Below are positions 50,423 through 60,107 of a DNA stretch of 63,791 bases, one piece after another; position 1 is the first letter of the stretch, and every line of letters begins with the position of its first letter. The stretch comes from Vicugna vicugna (lineage: Eukaryota). The notes under the pieces were generated by a model. It ran no database searches, was not told where the DNA came from, and saw only the letters and a program-made list of their open reading frames with translations. The stretch lies in the NCBI GenBank assembly GCA_013265495.1, contig MU057719.1:210-64000 (forward strand), given 5' to 3'. Made by a program: the position numbers and the translations under genes.

Positions 50423-51470
50423 AATTACACTTAGAAACCCTGTTCCCTGCACTTCCATCCAAGAACATGCTCTTCGTCCCACCTGCTCAACGTGAACGTT
50501 TTCTGGTCCATGAGCTACGGAAGATGCAGCCCCCTTCCTCCTTCTTTGCATGAAAGCAACCGGTCGAGGGACCCTCTCCCCCTAGAAGAGCAAATTCTAG
50601 ACTGAACACTGACAATGGAGGCTGCCTCCTCGACCTCCTGTCCCAGGAGGACACAGAACAGCCTCAAAGAAGGAAAGGTTTCAGATTCTCCCCAAAGGAA
50701 AAAGAAGAGTGCAAAAGAAGAGACGTGACTGTAAAGACGGGTCCCAGAAACTCCACCCCAGCAGACACCGCCCCCCGAGCGGGGCCCTCACAAACTGAGC
50801 CTGGGGCTCAGGGCCGGTCTTTCTTTCCCCACCGCACCCTCCCCTGTGCAGGACACCTGCCACCCAACAGGCTCCTGCACTGACCCACGTGGTCCAGGGC
50901 CCCAGGGCCCACTGGCTCACAGCTGTCCTCCCAAAGAAGGCCTCGACGTTCAGCAAGCTGAGCCTACGCCGCACTCCCAGCTTTACGCGTCAGAAACGGA
51001 GGAGGAGGAATCCAGGCGGAGGGGCAGAGGCTACTCACGGCTGGTGGCGGCCGGGGGCCTCTTCCTGAAGCACAAGGACCCTGCCGCCGCGGGGCTGTCC
51101 CACAGCGAACAGGAGCCAGGAGCTGCCAGAGCCCCGGCCTGGCTGTGACAACGGCAGCTAATAGCAGCACACACGCCGGTAACCGGTGTGCCTTCGCCTG
51201 GGAGGCGGAGGGCGACCGTCACTCCTTCGGGCCTGCTGGGCTCACAGAGCCGCCTCCGCGCCTGTCCCGGCAGGTGTGGGGGTCACGGGCACTGCACAGG
51301 TAAGACCAGAGCAGGGTCTGCTTACATATGAACAGCACCAGGGGAAGGGCACACACGGGAAAGCGCCACCTGCGTCCACAAGCGACACCTCCCTTCAAAC
51401 TCATGGGGTGGGACCCCAAAAGCCAGACCCTGACAAGACAGGCTGGTATCCGCCTGGCCAGAGCCCCACT

Positions 51471-52342
51471 GGGCTAGCAGGTGCCTCCCTCTGATTGGCT
51501 GGTTTTCCAGGGGCTGGCGGGTGCCTCCTTCTGATTGGCCAGTGGCCCAGGGGCTGGCGGGTGCCTCCCTCTGATTGGCCAGTGGCCCAGGGGCTGGCGG
51601 GTGCCTCCCTCTGATTAGCCAGTGGCCCAGGGGCTGGCGGGTGCCTCCCTCTGATTGGCCAGTGGCCCAGGGGCTGGCGGGTGCCTCCCTCTGATTGGCC
51701 AGTGGCCCAGGGGCTGGCGGGTGCCTCCCTCTGATTGGCCAGTGGCCCAGGGGCTGGCGGGTGCCTCCCTCTGATTGGCCAGTGGCCCAGGGGCTGGCGG
51801 GTGCCTCCCTCTGATTGGCCAGTGGCCCAGGGGCTGGCGGGTGCCTCCCTCTGATTGGCCAGTGGCCCAGGGGCTGGCGGGTGCCTCCCTCTGATTGGCC
51901 AGTGGCCCAGGGGCTGGCGGGTGCCTCCCTCTGATTGGCCAGTGGCCCAGGGGCTGGCGGGTGCCTCCCTCTGATTGGCCAGTGGCCCAGGGGGCTGGCG
52001 GGTGCCTCCCTCTGATTGGCCAGTGGCCCAGGACCTGTCAGTGCCTCCTTCTGATTCACCAGTGGTGCAGGGACTGGAAGGTGCCTCCCTCTGATTGGCC
52101 AGTGGCCCAGGGACTGGCGGGTGCCTCCCTCTGATTGGCCAGTGGCCCAGGGTCTGGCGGGTACCTCCCTCTGATTGGCCAGTGGCCCAGGACCTATCAG
52201 TGCCTCCTTCTGATTCACCAGTGGCGCAGGGACTGGAGGGTGCCTCCCTCTGATTGGCCAGTGGCCCCGGGGCTGGCGGGTGCCTCCCTCTGATTAGCCA
52301 GTGGCCCAGGGGCTGGCGGGTGCCTCCCTCTGATTGGCTGGT
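51471..52342. repeat. Minisatellite/VNTR with a 40-bp unit, 22 units
   Basis: Unit AGTGGCCCAGGGGCTGGCGGGTGCCTCCCTCTGATTGGCC. I counted 22 CTGATT cores at ~40-bp spacing from 51491 to 52330. Confidence 0.98.
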
Positions 52343-52409
52343 GAGTGTTTCACTACCTCCCACTTTGCACTTCACCAGATACAATCACCTGTTCAGGAGT
52401 CTGATTCCC

Positions 52410-52520
52410 GCAGTGCACCAGAAGCTCCCCCAGGGCAGGGGTGCTCGCCCCCTGCTCACCTGTGCACCTGCTGCCCATACCTGGCACAGGCCTGACTCGT
52501 GTTAGAGGTCCACAAGCACT
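52410..52520 (+). mobile_element. L2 3' fragment next to the VNTR
   Basis: AAGCTCCCCCAGGGCAGGGG...CCCATACCTGGCACAGGCCTG pattern. Confidence 0.5.
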
Positions 52521-53699
52521 CGAAACACAGCCAGTCAGCCCCGAGTTCTCCACACAGGGGCCAGCCTCCCCTGAGGTCCCCCGCCGCCACCCAGGGAAGA
52601 TCCCCGCTAACGCCTCGCCCGCCACCCTCCCGTCACCCTGCCGGCAGAATGCAAGACAGTCGCTTCCCACCTCCATTCAGGTTGAAATGCTCGCTCTTCT
52701 GCACTGACAGATCGCTATTTTTCCAACACAAGGGTCAGAGTTTTTACAGTCAGATCACTCCCACTGCGTACACACATTTCAATGTCACTTTCGGCATTTA
52801 CTTAAAAAATCAAAGAGGCCAGTAAAATCCCTATTGCAAAGGTGCTGGCAGGAAACAACAGGACAGAAGAACGGGTTTCCTCCCAAAAGGACACAGGCCT
52901 AGGAAACAGAAAACAAAGGAACTCCCATTTCACCCGCAGAAGCATCACAGGAAACAGGGTGGGCGCCTACCCCTGGAGCTCTGTGTAACGAAATTTGGAG
53001 AAAAGTAGGTCAGACTGTGTTCCCATTTCTTAGGTCTGAGTCACCAAAGAGTGGCGACATTGCTCCTCGTGCGGGCTATTCCTTAGGTTGGGAATCTGCC
53101 TGAAAAGCCAGCGGGTGAGTCGAAGCTAACAGGATGATGGCCCAGACCGTGGGATGTACGTGACACGAAGTGCCCCAGCGCCCACCGCGAAGCCACACAC
53201 ATCTGACCAAGAATTTACTCATTCTATGGACCCCGTTCCAGCCGCCTGGGGCCGGGCGGGGAAAGTAATGGCGTCTGAGTTAGCAAAGTCCCTGCGGGGA
53301 CCCATCCTGGATGCGCCCTTCAGATGGTCAGCCATCGCTCACGGTCCTGTCTCAGAGGGAAGACCACAGCCCTGGAGGCAGGATGTAGGCACATCCATTC
53401 CTATCACTGGGCCCCAGTTCCTCCTTGAAGTAGAGAGTGGTCCAAGGGGAAAGGGAGGGGTGTGCTGACCATGAAACGTCCCATGACTGCCCCAGGATGC
53501 AAGTTCCACGCTCAGGCAAGGGGTCAGATAAACCCACCCATGGGCACTGCCCGGGTCACCTCTGCTGCTTACACGTGAGGAGGCACCAGTGTGAAAATTC
53601 CCAGGACAGAGGGAGCCACTCATAAGGCCAGCCAGTGAGCAGAGCCAGGAACTCCCACCGGGCCCCAAACCTACTGCCTCCTGCCGCCTCAGGGCCCGG

Positions 53700-53885
53700 G
53701 GAGGACATAACAGTGACACAGTGAGAGGGGCTTGCTCTGTGCTTTGTACACACTGTGCACAGAACAGTCTTGAGAATCCTGCAGGAGCCACAGTCAAAAC
53801 CCCTTCTTACAGATGGGGAAAGAGGCCAATTGCACAGCTGGTGGGAGTGGAGCCGAGATGTGAACCCAGGCCATCCCGCTCCTGC
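53700..53885 (-). mobile_element. MIR fragment
   Basis: CCCTTCTTACAGATGGGGAAAGAGG...CACAGCTGGT...GAGCCGAGATGTGAACCCAGG. Confidence 0.7.
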
Positions 53886-54299
53886 TGCCCACCCAGGACG
53901 ATCACCCGCACTGTGTCTCCAGGCCACGTCCTGTGGCACCAGCAGCTCTGCCGGTGGTACCAGTATCTCCACGAGCCCGGCCAGAATCTTAACACTAACA
54001 TTTGGCCAAGTGCAGACATCAGATGAGCCGATTAGAGGGGAGAAACAGAGGGAAAGGCAGAGGCTCTAAGAAAACATTGCCTCCCAGGAGTGAAAAAGGA
54101 CTCGTCAGGTTCTCAGACCCCGCTGGACCTCACTTGTCCCGGGGCTGGACCCACAGCCTCGCGGCCGCCCAGCTGGCTCCGCGGCCACGTTTCCATCTCC
54201 TCCTCTTCCATCTGGCAGGGGTGGGGCGCGATAAGGAGGGAGACGCAGCCTCGCCAGGAGTTCCGCCAAGACATCAGGCCCTGCCTTGGCAGAGGGTGA

Positions 54300-54440
54300 A
54301 AACACACGTACCTGTGCCTGGACGTGTGTGTGCACATTTGTGTACACCCACAAACACAAACACACATGTGGGTCCACACAAACCCGCACGTCACATGCAC
54401 CCACATGCTTCAACACATACACGCAGACACATGTGCACAA
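54300..54440. repeat. Degenerate (CA/TG)n alternating purine-pyrimidine tract
   Basis: ACACACG...GTGTGTGTGCACA...ACACATACACGCAGACACATGTGCAC. Confidence 0.7.
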
Positions 54441-54564
54441 CCCTCGACTGGGCTTGTAAAGCATTTTCACGTGTGTAGCCCCAAGGATCTCACCAGCCCC
54501 AGAGCCTCCTTGGACAGACATGCTCCCTACACTGGGCTCCCTCTGGAGTACTTGCATTCAAAGA

Positions 54565-55190
54565 GCATCGTAGCTATGGCCCAGCAATCCCACTCCTGGG
54601 CATGTATCTGGAGGGAGCTCTAATGTGGAAAGACTCATGCACCCCAGTGTCCACAGCAGCACTACATACAACAGCCAAGACACACAAGCAACCTAGATGT
54701 CCAGACAGATGACTGGATAAAGAAGTTGTGGTGTATTTATACAATGGAATACTACTCAGCCATAAAAAAGAACAAAGTAATGCCATTTACAGCAACATGG
54801 AAGGACCTGGAGACTGCCATTCTAAGTGAAGTCAGAAAGAGAAAGAAAAATACCATATAACATCACTTATATGTGAAATCTCTAAAAAAAAAAGACACGA
54901 GTGAACTCATCTACGAAACAGAAACAGACTCACAACATAGAGAACAGACTCATGGTTACTGGGGAAGGAGGTGGGAAAGAATAAATTGGGAGTTTGAGAT
55001 CTGCAGACACTAACTACTATGTATAAAACAGACAAACAGCAGTTTCATACTGCGTAACACAGGGAACAGTACTCAGCATCTCGCAGTAACTGCAGTGGAG
55101 AAGCATCTGAGAGCGAATGTATGTGTGTGCATGTGGCTGAAACATGACGCTGTGCACTGTAAACTGACTATACATCAGTTTAAAAAAGAA
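54565..55190 (+). mobile_element. Younger L1 3' end (about 0.6 kb, 5'-truncated)
   Basis: CCCAGCAATCCCACTCCTGGGCAT...ACAATGGAATACTACTCAGCCATAAAAAAGAA...ACTGACTATACATCAGTTTAAAAAAG; little decay. Confidence 0.92.
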
Positions 55191-58100
55191 AGAAGGGAGG
55201 AATTTTAAAGCCTTTTTTAAATACAGAAGAACTGTGGCAACAGTGCTTTTCCCTTCTGTAAACACCGCCCCCCAAGACAGCAGACGTAAGACCCTCCATT
55301 CATCAGGTGTTTCCCGTGTCTCAGCAACACGCTGTTCCCGTGGACTGACTCAGCCGGTCTCCACAACCACCCTCAGAGCAAGAAAGAGGTTTTCCGGCAG
55401 GGAAGGCCGAGGCACGGTGACTGGCCCCGGCCCAGCCAACCCTCAGGGGCAGAGGAACTCAGCGCACACTGGCCTCCCAACCATCCCCGCTGCCTTGGGT
55501 TCAACAATCTGACCGCCAAGGACTGGCCCCTCCCACGGCTGGCTGCTTGCGCCCAGCATGGGGACCCAACGTGGCCAGGACCCCCCAGGCCTGGGCAGGC
55601 GGCGCCCGTCAGAACATCTCCGTGCGGGGCCCAGAGAGAGTTAAGGAAGGCCCCGGCCTCCCTCCTGTCCCCTCAGAGGCCCCCTCATTCTCACAGCGGC
55701 CACTTTTGCTGGCACAGCACTCCCGGGCCAGGCAGTGCCGGGGGCGCCCCGCCAACCGAGTTAATGAGGGGCTTTCCAGCCAAGGGAAGTGGCCCCAGGA
55801 GAACAGTGGAGCGGGGCTGGGGATGTCCTGCCAGGAAGGAGGCCCGGACGAGACCAAAGCCAGAGGTGGATGATGAGGGCACTTGCTAAGGAGGCACTCT
55901 GGGGTGCTTCTGGGACAAAAGGAAGGGAGGAAGAGGGGAAAGGCCAAGTTTAGCATCACCTCCTCCAAGAAGCCGCCCCAGATCTCCCCAGTGGGGCCAC
56001 CCTCCGACTGTCCTCAACGACGTTCAGCCAGAGGACGAACAGTGAAATGAACAGTGGCTACGTGTGTGCCTCCCACCAGCCTGCCGGCCCCTGGGGCCAG
56101 GGCCGCCACCTTCACCTCTGCCTCCCCACAACCGGCCCAGTGCAGGCAAGCCTCGGGAGGCCAGCAGGTCCTGCAGGTGAGCATGGGCCTGGTAAAAGAA
56201 GAAGTGGAGACAGCAGGCCACGTTGCAGTTGCAAGTTGATGACTTTCAGATAAAAACGGAGTAGGGAGGAGAGGAACAGACAAGGGAAGGAGGGAGGGGG
56301 GACACGAGGGAAACAGAAACACTCTGCTGGCCAAATGGACCGCCCCTCTTGTCCCTGGGCTGCATCTGGGCTGAGCCCCAGGCCGAACGCAGCTCCAGGC
56401 AGCGGGCCTCTTGGTGGGGGAGGGGGGCTGGTAAATGATGGGGAAAGACAGATGGAGTTCACCCAGGACCCAAGTGCCCAGAATCCGGGGTCCCAGCCCC
56501 CGGCTCCCTGGGCCGCTCAGAGCACCAGCCCCCCTCACCTTGCAGGTCGGGGTGAGGGTCCAGTGAGACAGTGTGGGCACATGGCTAAGAACAGGCCATT
56601 CCTATGGGCACCCACCACATGTGCCATCTCCCAGCTGCTGGGACCCGCCCTGCCCCCTGCTGCAAATCCGGGCTCCAGGGCGGGCGCAGCGACGGAGCCG
56701 TGGGCTGTGGGTGGCGCACCTCGACCCTTGGGGGCTCAGAGCTGGCCTGTGCTCACTGTCACTCAGTAAGTGAGGGGCGGGGGCAGCGGGCGTCTGTCCC
56801 CCACACCCCTCGGCTCCACCCAGCAATGTCTGTGACCCGGGGAGGAGGCAGAGACCGGGGACAGGGCCAGACAGCCAGAAGGCAAGGGCGGGGCAGGCGG
56901 GCATCAGCTGTGCTCGGCTAAGGGCGGGCCGTGGTGAGAGTCCAGAAACTCCGCCGGGCGCGTAACGGGCAGGCTCTGGCTGGCACCCCAGAAACAGCCC
57001 TGGAGCGACATCGTCAGAGAGGGGACTTCGTGCCTCCACACGGGGAAGGCCCACCCGCCCGCGGCCACTGCCGGCGGTCACAGCGCTGGGCAGTGACGGC
57101 AGCTCCGAGGCCTCCAGCCACCGAAGTCTGGACCAGAGGAGGGAGAGGCCTGGGGGAGCTAGCTTGGCTTCTCAGCCCCTCCCACTGGCTGTGCCTTTAC
57201 GGGAGGGGGGTGGGAGGAGGAGATGGAAAAGGCTGTCTTTCCAGCCAACTTGATTGAGTCAGAGGGAACTTAACCATTTGCTGCCTGTCAAGCCCCACAG
57301 AACTTGGACAACTCTTCCCACCAAATCATTGCAGAAGGCAGTCACGTGACCAGCGCCAACCAATGACACGCCAAGGAGATGACCTCAATTTCCAAATATT
57401 GGGGTCATGTTTCATTTCACATACTCCCCTTTGCCCGTTACAATGTGAGGCGGCCCCAAATGCAACCTTCCTTCTCACTCCTTCACACACTTGGCCAAGA
57501 AGCAGGTAGGAAAAAGAGCCGTGTTCAGGGAGAACTCGGGAAACATCTGGCGAGTCCCAAAATGGAGAGGAGCGAGTTGCTGGAGGACGGCCTCCCCTGT
57601 ATCTCCGCGGACAGCCGCTCCCGCTGGCCTAGCACTGAGGATGACTTCAAAACGGGTCCCACCCTGGGAGGGCGGGGGAGCTCTGTGAAACCCACCCAGA
57701 GAAGGGGCTTTTTCACAGGCTCTCAACATCTTCTGGACAAAAGCAACATGTTCAACTCCACAGCCACGGTCCAGGCAGCTACCCCGTGCCACGCTCAGTC
57801 AGGGAGAGAAAGTGGGGGTGGACGGGGGACAGCGATGGGGGGTGGGGCAGACAGCCAACCCCAAACCCAGGTAAACGCACGCTGTGTGCTCCCCCGCCTG
57901 CACCCAGCCCCGGACGAATTCCTACCTGAGTTCCTGAAGGAAGGCCCAGCAGAGGAGCTGGGACAGGGCTGTGTCCCTGGGCCAACATGGGGTCCCCTGA
58001 CCACCTCGCCCACCCTGAGCCACACCACTTTCCTGGAGTCTACTATTGTCCCCAGCTTCAGTGACCCCGGGAAAAACACAAGGCTCGGTTAGCCTGGGGC

Positions 58101-58389
58101 CCACGGGCACGATGGTGGCAGCTAGGGATAAAGACCCCAGGTCCCCAGGGCCATGCCACTCTCTCCTCCCCTCCCCCAGCCCCTGATTGGCCAGACACTC
58201 CGACTCCTGTTCACCCGCTTCGGCCCACCAAGCACTCGCAGAGCCAGGAAGAGAGGGACTAGCTCAACTGGCAAGTGGAACATGGGAAGTGATGCTTCCC
58301 ACACGTCCTCAAGTATGAAGCGGAGGAGAGAAGGGGGAGGATGGGGAAGCAGTGCCTTCTCAGTGGACAGCTGTGCACGGAGCCACTGC

Positions 58390-58450
58390 CCCATCCCTCT
58401 GCCCGCACTGTGGCTCTGAGCCTCATCTCCCCACCTGTTAATGGGGACTC
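58390..58450 (+). mobile_element. MIR core fragment
   Basis: CTCTGAGCCTCATCTCCCCACCTGTTAATGGGGA. Confidence 0.5.
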
Positions 58451-59398
58451 AGGGGACCTCTGGGGCCTCGAGCGCCAGCAACTGAGGGTGTATGAAGACG
58501 CATCCCACAGGCGACCACAAAAGGGGATGGCGTAGGAGGTCCCCGTGGGGGACCGAGTCAGGGCTGCAGGCACCCAGGCAGGCCGCTGTCAGTGCCGGCA
58601 CGCCTGGTGGAGGCCGCCCGCTGGAGACGGCTCCTTCTAAGGGCAGGCTTCTGGCAGGAGGGGTCCCACATCTGCACATCATCTGAACCCTGCACTGCCC
58701 AGACTCCAGGACCATCTCCCCGCTTTCCTTCATGAATCCCGTCTCTGGGTGGCAAACCCAAGAAAAACTGCCTTCCAGGAGGTCAGGAGGTGGGCGTAAG
58801 AGCAGGGCTGCTCTACCACCCCCTGGGGCCCCTCAGTATGTCTCACTGAGTACTTAGGTGGCAGGGACTGCAGGAAGCCCTGTTCCCTGGGAAGAGAGGC
58901 AGCAGAGTCTGGAGGCAGTGGGAGAGGATGCTCGGGAGAAGTCCAGGGCTGGGGGCCCGGCTCCTGGGATGCCCCTCAATGGCCCCTCATCCCAGGAGGC
59001 CGGGGGAGAACTGACCCCTCTGTGACTCTAGGGGGCGACCCTTCCCGGGTTTCAGGAGACGAAGCTCTGCAGCGGGGCCAGAGCAGCGCTCTGGTGATGC
59101 GGGACAGAGAACGCCAAGTTTGGGGACAAAAGTTTGCCTGCCGGGTGGACAGCCCCTCTGGCTGATCCAACACGGAGCCCTTCCTCGGCTCCCCGACAGC
59201 CCCGCCGGCGCACGGGGTACCGTATCGGCGTGTCTCCCTCCCCGGGGCCCCCAGCTAATGGCATTTGGAGTCTCGGCCCGCGCATTCCACAGCCAAAGGG
59301 GGAAGGTTGTGCAGGCGCAAAAGAGGCCGGCGGCGCCCGGGGATGACAGCCGCGCTGGCCGCGCGCCCGGCCCCGCCGCCCCGCCGCCCCGGCCCCCG

Positions 59399-59531
59399 NN
59401 NNNNNNNNNNNNNNNNNNNNNNNNNNNNNNNNNNNNNNNNNNNNNNNNNNNNNNNNNNNNNNNNNNNNNNNNNNNNNNNNNNNNNNNNNNNNNNNNNNNN
59501 NNNNNNNNNNNNNNNNNNNNNNNNNNNNNNN
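59399..59531. other. COL5A1: Assembly gap (133 N) expected to contain the COL5A1 start codon, signal-peptide coding sequence and intron-1 donor
   Basis: 5'UTR-like sequence lies on the high side and intron-1-start-like sequence (GCTGTCATCCCCGGGCGCC...TTGGCTGTGGAATGC) on the low side. The gap length is close to the ~109 coding nt expected plus flanks. Confidence 0.85.
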
Positions 59532-59883
59532 GGGGCGCGGGGCGCGGGGCGGGCGCGCGGGGACGCGCGGGGCGCGGGGCACGGCCGGGGCAGCGGACTC
59601 AGCGGGGCCGGCACAACTTTAGCAAGTCATGGGAGCAGGCGCTGGCCCGTTCTCTTTGTGGCGGTGGCTCTCGGGAGGGTCGGCTGGCGGGCTCGCCCAC
59701 GGGCGGAGGGCTCGACCCTGGCCCGCGGGGCGGCCCGGGCCCCGCTCGGCTGGCTCGCCCTGGCCTCCCCGCCTCCTCCAACTCCTGCTCGCCTGCTCCT
59801 CGCCGCCGCCGCCCCGCGACTCGCTCCCCGTGGGCGCTCCGCCCGAGTGAGGTCCTGCGCCGGCCGCGGGGACGAGGAGTGCG
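59532..59883 (-). other. COL5A1: COL5A1 exon 1, visible 5'UTR; transcription start approximately 59883
   Basis: Minus strand reads CGCACTCCTCGTCCCCGCGG...AGGACCTCACTCGGGCGGAGCGCCCACGGGGAGCG...GCCACAAAGAGAACGGG...CCCATGACTTGCTAAAG, closely resembling the human COL5A1 mRNA leader as recalled. The TSS is inferred by homology only. Confidence 0.85.
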
Positions 59884-59906
59884 GACCTCGCCTTGGGCGC
59901 CGAGCA

Positions 59907-59937
59907 CTCTCCCCCTTTCCCTCCCTCCCTCTCCCCT
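59907..59937 (-). promoter_or_regulatory. Polypurine GA tract immediately upstream of the TSS
   Basis: Minus strand reads AGGGGAGAGGGAGGGAGGGAAAGGGGGAGAG. Confidence 0.6.
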
Positions 59938-59978
59938 GGAAGGCACCCGCGGAGGCTGTCGCTCCCCCACGGCCGCAG

Positions 59979-59986
59979 CAAATCAG
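59979..59986 (+). promoter_or_regulatory. Degenerate CCAAT-like box CAAATCAG about 100 bp upstream of the TSS (candidate NF-Y/CBF site)
   Basis: Sequence GCAGCAAATCAGAG. A functional CAAAT NF-Y site is recalled for the human COL5A1 proximal promoter. Confidence 0.6.
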
Positions 59987-60089
59987 AGCGGGCGCTGGGC
60001 TCGGCCAGGCCGGCCCCCGCCTCCCACTGGGCGCCGCGGGCGAGGGGGTGGGGACAGCGGGCGAGTGGCAGCAGGGAAGGGGCCGGCCC

Positions 60090-60107
60090 GGGGCGGGAGC
60101 TGACTCA
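60090..60107. promoter_or_regulatory. GC box followed by a consensus AP-1 site in the proximal promoter
   Basis: GGGGCGGG then TGACTCA at 60101-60107; motif match only. Confidence 0.45.

Noticed and set aside
51471-52342. Regular repeat array as a CRISPR-like system
   Set aside because: Units are contiguous with no unique spacers, the context is a mammalian intron, and there are no cas-like genes. It is a minisatellite.
51322-52384. 298-aa and 327-aa minus-strand ORFs with 40-aa periodicity
   Set aside because: These result from a 40-bp unit with no minus-strand stop cycling through three frames. There is no convincing ATG start, splice context or protein family.
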